Of a stretch of 64,000 nucleotides of DNA, positions 55,367 to 64,000 are shown piece after piece. The translations under genes were made by a program, and so were the position numbers. Below the pieces are notes generated by a model that had not been told where the DNA came from, did not search any database, and worked only from the letters and a program-made list of their open reading frames with translations. Where the stretch lies: assembly GCA_965246885.1 (NCBI GenBank), contig OZ251992.1, positions 1,120,001 to 1,184,000 of the forward strand, in the 5' to 3' direction. This DNA is from Abditibacterium sp. Its GTDB lineage: Bacteria > Armatimonadota > Abditibacteriia > Abditibacteriales > Abditibacteriaceae. Every line of letters starts with the position of its first letter. Within the stretch, counting starts at the first letter, position 1.

Positions 55367-56281
55367 ATGCGTCTTCAATCGAGTCACTCGTTTTATTCCT
55401 GCGCGGCGCACGACGATTTGTTGCGCGATTGGGAACTCGCGCGCGCCCAAGGCGGGGCGCTCGAACTCGACTTGCGCGCGGTCAACTTCTTCGACCCCTA
55501 CGGCATCGTGGCGCTTGTAGTGTTCTTGCAATCGTTGCCCGACACGGCGCTTCCCATCGCGCTGTCAATGAACGACTTTCCCCTTCCCAAGGGGCACGCG
55601 CCCGCCGAGGGCGGGGCCGTCGCGTATCTGACCGAAATGGGGTTTTGGGAGGAAGTCGGCCCGCGCTTAGCGGCGCCGCGCACTGCGCTTCCGGTGCGCC
55701 CGCAGTTTTCCGACGACAAGGGCGTCCTCATAGACGTGACCGTTATGCATACGCGCGATGCCGTGAGCGTGATGTTGCGCAAAAGCGGAGAACTCTTGCA
55801 AAGTCTGGGCTTTGGCCCCGTCGCCAAGATGCACGTTTTGCAAGTGCTGTCCGAACTATCGGGCAACGTCTTAGACCACGCCGGAAGCGAGATCGGCGGC
55901 GTGGTCACGAGCCAAATTTATCGCTCGCGGCGCTCTGGTGTGCGCTACTTGGTGATGAGCATCGGCGATGCGGGCATCGGTGTGCGCGCGTCGCTCGCGT
56001 CCAATCAGAAGTTGTGTTCGCGTCTCGATTCGGACGCAACCGCCCTTGGTATCGCGGTTGCGAGCGGCAACTCGCGCTTTGGCAGTGGAGGACGCGGCGG
56101 CGGTTTACCGTCGGTGTTGGAAATCGCCAAGCGCTATGGCGGCAGTGTCGCTATGCGGTCGGGGCGCGGCGCCCTTGCCTATCGCGGTGAAGACGACCAA
56201 AAGCGCGTCTTCGACGCCCCTTTCCAACTCGGCACGCAGATGCGCATTATGCTCCCTGAAAGCAGCTTGCGGGAAAAGTAG
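55367..56281 (+). CDS. STAS-like domain plus GHKL ATPase (HATPase) protein
   Basis: LDLRAVNFFDPYG, YLTEMGF, ELSGNVLDHA (N box), DAGIGV (G1), GRGGGL (G2). Confidence 0.78.
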   Translation: MRLQSSHSFYSCAAHDDLLRDWELARAQGGALELDLRAVNFFDPYGIVALVVFLQSLPDTALPIALSMNDFPLPKGHAPAEGGAVAYLTEMGFWEEVGPRLAAPRTALPVRPQFSDDKGVLIDVTVMHTRDAVSVMLRKSGELLQSLGFGPVAKMHVLQVLSELSGNVLDHAGSEIGGVVTSQIYRSRRSGVRYLVMSIGDAGIGVRASLASNQKLCSRLDSDATALGIAVASGNSRFGSGGRGGGLPSVLEIAKRYGGSVAMRSGRGALAYRGEDDQKRVFDAPFQLGTQMRIMLPESSLREK

Positions 56282-56284
56282 CCG

Positions 56285-57355
56285 TTACTTGATTGCGTCG
56301 GGCGCGACTTCGGCTTCATGGGCATGAACGGCGTCTTCACCCGCCAAATGCTCGGCGGCACTTGCGGCTTTGCCAACGACCTGAGCGACCTTGTCGAAGA
56401 CGTTGGGATGTGGCACTTCCTCATCGGCTGCAACAGTAGCACCAGTGGTTTCCATGTGGCCGAGCGGCTCGTAGGCTTCGACGCCCTGCGCTGATTGGAC
56501 AACGCGAACCGCGACTTCAACCACTGGGGCTGCGCTTGGCGCCATAACCGCGCTTTCCGTCGGTGTGGAGAACATTTCGAGGACTTCGGCCATCTTCTCG
56601 TCGCGGGCGGGTGGGGCAACTGGGCTAAGCTCGGTGGGCGATGGGGCGGCTGATTCAAGTTTGTCCGTCGCGTCGTCTTTGACTTTGGCCAATCGCTCCT
56701 CCAACGCCGAGCGCGAGTCGCCTCCCTTGCCTGACTTGAAGAAGTAGAGGAGAGCGGCGCTCACGAACACGAGGGCGCCCACCAGAAAAAGCAGTTTGGA
56801 GCCGCCGCTTTCTTTGGCCACGACGCGCGGCTCGTCTTGGAAGTCGTCGTAATCGGGGAGAGCAGCGACTTCGGCGGCGCGGATATGGGCGTCGTGGCGG
56901 GCTTGTGCCAATTCCTCGGCACGCGCTTCAAGGCGCTCTTGTTCGGCCTCGAACTCGGCGCGCTTTTGGGCGGCGTCGCGTTGCGCGCGTTCTAATTGCG
57001 CTTGCGCGGCGGCGTCGGCGTTGCGGGCGGCGCGCTCGGCCCCGCGAGCGGCGAGTTCGGCGGCTTGCTTGGCGCTTTGGGCTTTGATGGCGGCGGTCTC
57101 GACGGCGTCCGCGTCCTTTCCGCTCCCGTCAGCGGGATGTAACGCGCCCGCAACGGCGTCCCTGATTTCTTGAGCGACTCCCGCGAAGGAGTGAGCGGCG
57201 TCTCCGGCGAACTGCGGGGCGGCGCTTGCGGCAGAGCGGGCGCCCCCGATGGCAGTGCCGAGGGCGCTTTGCGCGGCATCGGCGGCGCTACTTGCGGCAG
57301 CGCTGGCGGCGCGGCGGGCTTGTTCCCATTTCGAGGGCGTCGGGCGGAAAAACAT
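56285..57355 (-). CDS. Ala-rich coiled-coil membrane protein (LEA-like)
   Basis: Ala/Gln/Glu coiled coil, single TM (LLFLVGALVFVSAALLYFF). Confidence 0.65.
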   Translation of the reverse strand: MFFRPTPSKWEQARRAASAAASSAADAAQSALGTAIGGARSAASAAPQFAGDAAHSFAGVAQEIRDAVAGALHPADGSGKDADAVETAAIKAQSAKQAAELAARGAERAARNADAAAQAQLERAQRDAAQKRAEFEAEQERLEARAEELAQARHDAHIRAAEVAALPDYDDFQDEPRVVAKESGGSKLLFLVGALVFVSAALLYFFKSGKGGDSRSALEERLAKVKDDATDKLESAAPSPTELSPVAPPARDEKMAEVLEMFSTPTESAVMAPSAAPVVEVAVRVVQSAQGVEAYEPLGHMETTGATVAADEEVPHPNVFDKVAQVVGKAASAAEHLAGEDAVHAHEAEVAPDAIK

Positions 57356-57513
57356 GGTGATGAGCAGGGCGGCAAAGCTGGTGCCGCACCCGGTAGTGCA
57401 AATTTGGGCGCGCTTTGAAGAGGAGGTTTGGGCACAGGCGGCGTTTTGCGCTATTCTTTCTTCGCTGTTTTGGGCGCGCAAGCGAGACTTGGGCGTCTAA
57501 GGCACTCCCGTTT

Positions 57514-58077
57514 ATGGCTATCTCAACCGCAGATTTCAAAACCGGCCTCACCATCGAGTTCGATGGCAAGGTGTGGCAAATCCTCGAATTCCAACATGTC
57601 AAGCCCGGCAAGGGCGGCGCGTTCGTGCGCTCGCGCTTGCGTAACCTGCAAACCGGCACCACCTTGGAGCGCACGTGGCGCGCGGGCGAGGGCATGGAAG
57701 CCGCCGTCGTCGAGCGGCGCAACGTCGAGTTTCAATACCGCGACGGCGACGACTTCCACTTTATGGACATGACCGACTTCGAGCAAATGCAGCTTTCCAA
57801 AGCCCAAGTCGGCGACGCCGCCAAATACCTCAAGGACAACACCCCCGTCCAAATCACCACGTGGAAAAGCACCATCCTCGGCGTCGAACCGCCGCAAACG
57901 ATGGAGTTCAAAGTCGCCCAAACCGACCCCGGCTTGCGCGGGGATACGGCGCAAGGCGGTAGCAAACCCGCCACTCTCGAAACCGGCGCCGTCGTCACCG
58001 TTCCGCTCTTCGTCAATGAGGGTGAGATGATCCGCGTGGACACCCGCACGGGGACGTATTTAGAGCGCGTTAAGTAA
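57514..58077 (+). CDS. efp: Elongation factor P
   Basis: FQHVKPGKGGAFVR, PGLRGDT, KPATLETG, VPLFV. Confidence 0.97.
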   Translation: MAISTADFKTGLTIEFDGKVWQILEFQHVKPGKGGAFVRSRLRNLQTGTTLERTWRAGEGMEAAVVERRNVEFQYRDGDDFHFMDMTDFEQMQLSKAQVGDAAKYLKDNTPVQITTWKSTILGVEPPQTMEFKVAQTDPGLRGDTAQGGSKPATLETGAVVTVPLFVNEGEMIRVDTRTGTYLERVK

Positions 58078-58092
58078 GGGCCGCGACTTTCC

Positions 58093-58983
58093 ATGATCGA
58101 GCGCCGCGAGTTCATTTCCATCTGCCGCCAAATCGGGACAATGATGGAAGTGGGCGTTGATTTCCTCCGCATCACGGGCGCCCTGCGCGCGCAGACGGAC
58201 AACGCGCGGCTGTTGGCGCTTTACGACCAACTCGACGACGACCTGCGCGCGGGCGACAGCTTGTCCGACGCCATGAGCCACGCGCCCGACGTGTTCTCTC
58301 CCTTCGCCGTGTCGCTCGTGCGCCAAGGCGAAGCGCGCGGCGACATCGAGGGCGCGTGGGCGCGTATCGCCGACTTTTACAAGGTCGAAGCGCGCGAAGA
58401 CATCGAATTGGGCGACGAGGCGGGCGCGCTCGAACCCATCGGCGCGCGCTTTCGCGGGCAAAACGCCGCCCTCTCGCGTCGCATCGGGCCGGGGATGGGG
58501 TATGAGCCGCTCGCGCTGGGCAGAATAGCGCTGGGGTTGGCGACCCTATTGGGGCTGTTGGCCGGAGTGCGCGCTTTGGTGGAAGTCGGCGCGTGGCCAA
58601 GCCGCTTCGAGTCGCTGGGCGAGTTGGGCGTGGCAGCGCTGTTCTTTCTTGTCGTGGGCGCCCGGCAAGGGCGCGCGCAACGGGCGGAAGAGGCGCAAGC
58701 GCGGTGCGCTTTTTGTAGGCGCGAAGCGGGCGCGGACGTGCTGCTCAGCTTCGCGCCGGACGCGGGCGGGAATGGCACGGTGGCCATTTGTTCGGAGTGC
58801 GCCGGACAAATCGTGACTGAGTCCCCGCGCTCACGCGCTCAGCGCGACGACGAAGAGCGCGAGCGCAACCGCATCTTGCGCGGAGTGGCCGATGCGTTGC
58901 CTCAAGATGACGGCGCCGCGCTCGACGACACCATCATCTTGGCCGACGACGACCCGCTCGCGCCCTCATCCCCGGTTCGCTAA
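58093..58983 (+). CDS. T2SS-F/PilC-like domain protein with two TMs and a C-terminal C4 zinc finger
   Basis: CRQIGTMMEVGV, GDSLSDAM...PDVFSP..VSLVRQGE.RG.IE, then CAFC...AICSEC. Confidence 0.75.
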   Translation: MIERREFISICRQIGTMMEVGVDFLRITGALRAQTDNARLLALYDQLDDDLRAGDSLSDAMSHAPDVFSPFAVSLVRQGEARGDIEGAWARIADFYKVEAREDIELGDEAGALEPIGARFRGQNAALSRRIGPGMGYEPLALGRIALGLATLLGLLAGVRALVEVGAWPSRFESLGELGVAALFFLVVGARQGRAQRAEEAQARCAFCRREAGADVLLSFAPDAGGNGTVAICSECAGQIVTESPRSRAQRDDEERERNRILRGVADALPQDDGAALDDTIILADDDPLAPSSPVR

Positions 58984-59040
58984 GCGTTTTCTGGACAATG
59001 GGAGGGGCCGGGGGCAGTCAAACTGTTCGCCACAGTTTCT

Positions 59041-59409
59041 ATGAACATCCTCTTGGTGGACGATAACGCGGAGCTACGCGAATTCTTGGCGCTTTCTTTA
59101 ACCGAAGCGAGCTTTGAAGTCGCCACTGCCGCCACTGGCGCCGACGCGTTAGCCAAATCCGAAGCGGGGCGCTACGACGTGTTCGTCATAGATTCCGTGC
59201 TCGATGGGGAAGATGGCCTCGAACTCGTCGGCAAACTGCGCGCGAGCAAAAACGGGAAGTCCACTCCCATCTTGTTGATGTCCGTCATCTCCACCGCGCT
59301 CGCGCGCCGCATGGCAAGCGCCGCCGGATGCGACGAATTCCTCATCAAACCCTTTGGCCAGACCCAACTCATAGAACACGTGCGCAACGTGGGACGCGCC
59401 AAACGGTAA
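59041..59409 (+). CDS. Single-domain response regulator receiver
   Basis: ILLVDDN, VID, DGLEL, IKPF. Confidence 0.9.
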   Translation: MNILLVDDNAELREFLALSLTEASFEVATAATGADALAKSEAGRYDVFVIDSVLDGEDGLELVGKLRASKNGKSTPILLMSVISTALARRMASAAGCDEFLIKPFGQTQLIEHVRNVGRAKR

Positions 59410-59451
59410 GCGGGCGCCGTATGGCGCTCCGCCTTGGGGCCACAAGCCGCG

Positions 59452-59709
59452 CTATTCGATGACGTTGACGCGCGAGAACTGCACGTCCTTGACGCCGCGT
59501 ACGTTGCGCACGACGTTGACGAGGTTCAGGAACTCCTTGCGGACGTTGACCGAACCCATCGCGCCGCGCGGCGCGCGGACTTTGCCGTAGAGTTCGATGT
59601 TGCCGTTGCCGCACATGATCTCCATCTCGCAAATGTCCAGGTTGATGCGCGACGCCATCGAACGCACGTTCTTAGCGAGGTGGCGGTCTTCTTCTTTGGA
59701 TACGGGCAT
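59452..59709 (-). CDS. Small BON-like domain protein
   Basis: GNIELYGKV...VRNVRGVKDV. Confidence 0.6.
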   Translation of the reverse strand: MPVSKEEDRHLAKNVRSMASRINLDICEMEIMCGNGNIELYGKVRAPRGAMGSVNVRKEFLNLVNVVRNVRGVKDVQFSRVNVIE

Positions 59710-60313
59710 CCCTATAGTTTGCGCCTTTTCGAGGGGAAGCATCCCTTGTGTGAGGCGACAAGCGCAGCACGAACGGCTCGAACTCGTCGGCGACAAGCCC
59801 CATCGTCAGCCCGCTTTTGCCCTGCAAGCGCACCACTATCACGTCGCGCGGCGGGAACTCGTCCCACACGAAATAGTGCCCGCCCGCCAAGCGCTGCACC
59901 GTCGAGGGCATCGGCGACACCACATGCACGTCCGCTTCGCGCGCGCTTTTCTGGCTCACGCGCAAGCGCAGGTTGCGAATCGGCTCGCGGTCGTCGCTTT
60001 GGCGGCTGCCCACATGCAGCGATAAAAGCAGGTCGCCGTGTCCTCTGGGAACAACGAACGGCGCCACCACAAGCGCGCCCCGGTCGTGCAAGCGCGTTTC
60101 GCGCGCGATGCCCACCGAAAGCAGTGCCAGCGTCGCCACGCCCGCGCCCACGCTAAACGCCCACACGAGCGTCTTCACCGGACGCGCGCCAAAGGTCGGC
60201 CACCAGCGCCGCTTGACGACCGACAAGTGCGAGCCGCACCCCTCGCACGTCGGAAACGCCGGGAACGATTCGAGGTTGACCAGCCCGCACGCCACGCATT
60301 TGACCCGTCGCAT
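59672..60313 (-). CDS. Zinc-ribbon membrane hypothetical protein
   Basis: CVACG...CEGCG followed by a TM; coupled to rpe. Confidence 0.65.
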   Translation of the reverse strand: MRRVKCVACGLVNLESFPAFPTCEGCGSHLSVVKRRWWPTFGARPVKTLVWAFSVGAGVATLALLSVGIARETRLHDRGALVVAPFVVPRGHGDLLLSLHVGSRQSDDREPIRNLRLRVSQKSAREADVHVVSPMPSTVQRLAGGHYFVWDEFPPRDVIVVRLQGKSGLTMGLVADEFEPFVLRLSPHTRDASPRKGANYRDARIQRRRPPPR

Positions 60314-60316
60314 CGT

Positions 60317-61012
60317 TTAAATCTCCGTTGCAAACGCCCGCACCACACTTGCCCGCAGCGCGCCCACCGTCTCCTCAAGCGGGGCGGGCGGCGCAAAGAC
60401 CGCTGACCCCGCCACCAGAATATCGGCGCCCGCGCGCACTAATTCCTCCGCATTAGCCGCCGACACGCCGCCGTCCACTTGGATGTAGAAGGCCAAGCCG
60501 CGCTCCTCGCGCATCCGTGCGAGGTCTCGGATTTTGGGCAGGGCAAGGGGCAGGAACTTCTGCCCGCCAAAGCCGGGGTTGACGCTCATAATCAACACGT
60601 AGTCGAGGTCGGGCAGTATCCACTCCAAGCAATCGAGCGGCGTCGCGGGGTTGAGCACCGCGCCCGCAAGCGCGCCGCCCGACTTAATGGCGTGCACCAA
60701 GCGGTGCAAATGCGGCTGGCACTCGGCATGAACGCTGATGCTGTTGGCGCCCGCGTCGAGAAATTCCGGGATGCGCTCGGCGGGGTTAGCGACCATCAAG
60801 TGCGCGTCGAAGTGCAAGTCGCTGTGGGCGCGGAACGCGTGGAGGAACAGCGCGCCGAAGGAGAGGTTGGGCACGAAGTGCCCGTCCATCGCGTCGAAGT
60901 GGAGCCACCCGGCGCCCAAGCGTTTGAGTTCCTCGACTTGTTCGCCCGCGCGCGTCCAATCGGCGGACAGGAGGGAGGGCGCAAGCAAGACATCGGCGGC
61001 AGATCGGTTCAT
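60317..61012 (-). CDS. rpe: Ribulose-phosphate 3-epimerase
   Basis: APSLLSAD, HFDAMDGHFVPN, DAHLMV, MSVNPGFGGQKF, VDGG, VAGSAVF. Confidence 0.96.
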   Translation of the reverse strand: MNRSAADVLLAPSLLSADWTRAGEQVEELKRLGAGWLHFDAMDGHFVPNLSFGALFLHAFRAHSDLHFDAHLMVANPAERIPEFLDAGANSISVHAECQPHLHRLVHAIKSGGALAGAVLNPATPLDCLEWILPDLDYVLIMSVNPGFGGQKFLPLALPKIRDLARMREERGLAFYIQVDGGVSAANAEELVRAGADILVAGSAVFAPPAPLEETVGALRASVVRAFATEI

Positions 61013-61105
61013 CGGCGCTTCAGTTTGCGCCGTTGCGCCGCCTTTGGCCAAAAGAACGCTTATCCTTCTCCCCGCCCGCGCTTTCGATGCTCGCGGGCTG
61101 CCTTC

Positions 61106-62650
61106 ATGCTTTTTGTCCGCCGCCTTTACCTGCCGCTGTTGCTATTGCTTTGCGCCCTGTGGTCGTTGGTTCCGCTCGATGGCGGCGACGACTTCTGGGC
61201 GCACGCGGCCATCGGGCGCATTTTTTGGGAAACCGGCCACATCCCGCGCAGCACGGTGTTCCTGTGGAGCGACAACGTGCCTTGGGTGTTCCACGATTAC
61301 GGGTCGGGCATCCTCTACGCGCTTCTGCTGCGCGTCGGCGGCCCTTGGCTGGCGCTGTGCCTCAACTTCGCCCTCGCCGCCATCCCGCTCGTGCTCATCT
61401 GGCGGCATGCCAAAGCGCGCGCGGGGGAAGTGCCACTTTTGCTTGTCGCCCTGTTTGTACCCGCGCTGTGGTTCTGCTCTGTGCGTTGGCGTCTGCGACC
61501 CGAAGGGTTTACCGTCCTGTTCCTCACTCTCTTGCTGCTTTTTATCGCTCAGGAGAAGCGCCCCAAATGGCAGTATGCCGCCGTCGCCGGAATGTTCGCG
61601 CTGTGGCCCAACCTGCACGGCGGCATGATCATCGGCATCATGGTGTTGTGGGTGGCGGCCTTGCTCGAAAGCGCGGGGTGGCTGTTCAAGAGCGGCACGG
61701 CGCCGGAAGTCGAGCCGTCCGTTTTTGACCCTAAACCCGCTTCCCCCGCGCTCCTCTTGGCGTTGGCGGCGGTGTGCTCTCTCTTGCCGTTCGTGTGCAA
61801 CCCTTGGGGCTGGCATTACATTTCCATCTACGCGGGGACGGAAGCGACTTCCAACCACATCGCCGAGTGGCGCCATTTCTGGGCGTATCCGGCGATGAAC
61901 ATGGAAGTCGCGTGGGGCGTGTGCATCCTATGGTCCGTCGCCTTCGCCGTGTGGTGCCTCGACTGCGAGCGGCGCGTGGCGCTGGGCGGCGCCCTCTTGT
62001 TGTTGGGCGCGCTGTGGATACAAGCGCGCCGCCAGATGTGGCTCACCAGTGTCACCAGCTTGGTCGTCCTCGCCCAAAGCGCGCCGCTTTTAGGGGGCGA
62101 GCGGCTATATCGCGCTTTGAAACGCGGACGCGAAGCGCGCTTGGACGGGCCGATGCGCCTTATCGCGCACGTGGGCGTTTTGGTCATCCTCGTCTCCGCG
62201 TGTTTTGTCGCCGCGCCCTCGCACGGTCTGCGCGCCGTCGCCAAGACCACGCCAGTTAATATGAGCCGCTTCCTCTTGTCCCCCGCCGCGCCCAAAGGCC
62301 GCACTTTCAACGACTACGAATACTCGGCGGCCTTGGAGTGGTTCCTGCACGGCAAGCGGCTCCTCTACATAGACCTCATCAACGCCTATCACCCCAAGGT
62401 CTTCGACGACTGGTTCTTGGTCGCGCACGGCACGCCGGAGGGAATCAAGTTGCTCGATACGTGGAAGGTAGATGTCGTCGTGCTGCGCCCCATCAACGAG
62501 CGCGCCACCGACGACCCCATTTACCAGTTCTCCCGCTACATCGCCAAAGCGCCCGCGTGGACACTGATTTATAGAGGCACCGATGGCCGCGTCTGGGCGC
62601 GCAAGAAGAGATACAACGTGATAGACGCGCCGCCCAAGGGGACTGGTTAA
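61106..62650 (+). CDS. Polytopic membrane protein, GT-C-like
   Basis: DDFWAHAAIGR, RLRPE, LWPNLHGG, NPWG, IAEW, FNDY. Confidence 0.7.
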   Translation: MLFVRRLYLPLLLLLCALWSLVPLDGGDDFWAHAAIGRIFWETGHIPRSTVFLWSDNVPWVFHDYGSGILYALLLRVGGPWLALCLNFALAAIPLVLIWRHAKARAGEVPLLLVALFVPALWFCSVRWRLRPEGFTVLFLTLLLLFIAQEKRPKWQYAAVAGMFALWPNLHGGMIIGIMVLWVAALLESAGWLFKSGTAPEVEPSVFDPKPASPALLLALAAVCSLLPFVCNPWGWHYISIYAGTEATSNHIAEWRHFWAYPAMNMEVAWGVCILWSVAFAVWCLDCERRVALGGALLLLGALWIQARRQMWLTSVTSLVVLAQSAPLLGGERLYRALKRGREARLDGPMRLIAHVGVLVILVSACFVAAPSHGLRAVAKTTPVNMSRFLLSPAAPKGRTFNDYEYSAALEWFLHGKRLLYIDLINAYHPKVFDDWFLVAHGTPEGIKLLDTWKVDVVVLRPINERATDDPIYQFSRYIAKAPAWTLIYRGTDGRVWARKKRYNVIDAPPKGTG

Positions 62651-62661
62651 AGCGCCCTCGC

Positions 62662-64000
62662 TCACGTCAATACCCACTCCCGCTCCACGCTCCCCGTCGT
62701 CGCGTTCCACATCGCCACGCGCCCCAAGTCGTCCCACAACAGCCACGCCCCCTCGTCCATCTCCCGCGCCGCGATGCGCGCCGCCCCCGCGAAGCGCAGC
62801 CGCGCCGTGATTTTCATGGATTGCCAAAACAGCAGCGACGCGACCGGCCCCTCCGCGTCGCGCCAGAGGAGCAGGGCAAAGCCGTCCTTCGTGCTCAGAT
62901 GCACCCCGTCCAGCGCGACGGCGCCCCGTTCCACCGAATACGGCGCCCTCTGCGGTGCCCACATCAAGTGGCTTTGCCCCTGCGCGTCAACTTCCACGCC
63001 CGCGATAATTTGCAGCCCTCCATGCGAAAGGAAGCGCGCCCACGTCGGCTCCATGTCGGGTGGGAACTCCTTCGGCGTCTGGCGTTGGCGCAATACGAGC
63101 GCGGGCAACTCGAAGCGCCACGACTCGAAGGTGGGTGGGGCGGGTGGCAACCCCAATATCCCCGTGTTGCGGTCATTGTCGGCTGTTTCCCTCCATACCA
63201 ACGCCGCGAGTGACGTGCGCCCAATCGCCAGTTGGCGGATGTGCCCACCCGTATCGCCGCAGTCCCATAGTGAAGCGGGCGCGTTGGCGGCAGTGTCGAG
63301 GGCGCGCACGCGGCCTTGGCTCGCCACCATCCACAGCGCTCCGTCGTAAGCGGGCGCGACGCAATCCGCGCGCACGTCGGCCCAGAACACCGCTTTGCGG
63401 TTGGTGAGATCGAGCCGCGACACGCGCAGCGAATCATCGCGCCGTGCCAGTAGCAGCGCGCGGGGTGCGTCGAAGGCGCGCACTATCTGGTGGCACGGCA
63501 CGTCGAAGTGCGCTTTCGTCCGCCCGTCGCGCGTCAGCCAGCGCGCGCCCAGTTCCCCCAACGCGACCAGCAACTCCCCGTTCGGCAGGGCCACCGCGTC
63601 GCGCGCTATCAGGGTGCCCCGGCTCCCGCGCAGCGTCAGTTCCAAGGGCGAGCCGTCGGACGGAAACGCGGGAAGCGCGGCAACGGGCGCGGGCCATTTG
63701 ACATCGGCGCGCAGGATGCCGTCGCCCGCAAGGGCCAGCAACGCTTCCCACGCTACCTTCTCGATTCCCCCGCGCCCTCCGGCGCCGTCCCGCAACAGCG
63801 CCCGCACCGTTCCCCGCGCGGCGACGGCAAAGACCGGCTCCGCCGTTTTGTGCGTCACTAACTCGCGCGCCAACGCCGCGCGCCCGCGCGCGCCTTCCTC
63901 GCCGTCGAAGCGCCACAGCGCTTGCAGAAGCGTCTCCCACTCGTCCCACGCCCCCGGCTCCAAGGCGAGCGCCCGCGCCACCAAGCGGGGCGACGGCTCT
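62662..64000 (-). CDS. C-terminal beta-propeller part of a probable bpX6-type (MoxR-vWA-beta-propeller ternary system) protein; 5' end outside the window
   Basis: DAVALPNGELLVALGELGARWLTRDGRTKAHFDVPCHQIV signature; the frame appears open to the window edge. Confidence 0.6.
   Translation of the reverse strand, partial: EPSPRLVARALALEPGAWDEWETLLQALWRFDGEEGARGRAALARELVTHKTAEPVFAVAARGTVRALLRDGAGGRGGIEKVAWEALLALAGDGILRADVKWPAPVAALPAFPSDGSPLELTLRGSRGTLIARDAVALPNGELLVALGELGARWLTRDGRTKAHFDVPCHQIVRAFDAPRALLLARRDDSLRVSRLDLTNRKAVFWADVRADCVAPAYDGALWMVASQGRVRALDTAANAPASLWDCGDTGGHIRQLAIGRTSLAALVWRETADNDRNTGILGLPPAPPTFESWRFELPALVLRQRQTPKEFPPDMEPTWARFLSHGGLQIIAGVEVDAQGQSHLMWAPQRAPYSVERGAVALDGVHLSTKDGFALLLWRDAEGPVASLLFWQSMKITARLRFAGAARIAAREMDEGAWLLWDDLGRVAMWNATTGSVEREWVLT

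Noticed and set aside
60479..61105. N-terminal 209 aa of the 723-aa ORF
   Set aside because: Antisense to rpe; the membrane protein plausibly starts at ATG 61106
1..64000. tRNA, rRNA, transposase, integrase, prophage or reverse transcriptase
   Set aside because: No recognisable motifs were seen; almost all sequence is assigned to other genes (by-eye inspection only)

Overview
A 64 kb GC-rich, gene-dense bacterial chromosomal window with about 60 CDS. I found no rRNA, tRNA, transposase, integrase or CRISPR array. Firmicutes-like modules (radA-PIN/TRAM-ispD-ispF, SigB-type partner switching, a Rex box, a 6S RNA candidate beside rarA) occur together with an outer-membrane secretin, which suggests a diderm Terrabacteria lineage such as Armatimonadota/Abditibacteriota (inference only). 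Housekeeping genes include azoR, ndh, mscL, pyrG, bioB, moeA, hisG, leuS, hpf, ispDF, radA, rarA, efp and rpe. Main observations: (1) a coupled GT2 / PAP2 / ACP / exosortase-type hydrolase-2 operon ending in a membrane protein with presenilin/SPP-type motifs (xD, GLGD, PALP); (2) three unrelated intergenic arrays that share a 21-bp period, two containing an inverted unit; (3) a pilMNOP-secretin operon in which PilM carries a ~430-aa disordered FxDF-motif insert and a barrel-less secretin paralogue precedes the secretin; (4) many apparently leaderless genes with a (T/C)ANNNT box 6-8 nt before the start, and pyrimidine-rich non-SD leaders elsewhere; (5) a 37-bp perfect inverted-repeat element, a stand-alone FGSW-repeat protein, Clp-domain membrane fusions, TopIB, an RNA ligase and the end of a probable bpX6 ternary-system gene. 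All calls come from motif recognition by eye; no database searches were run.
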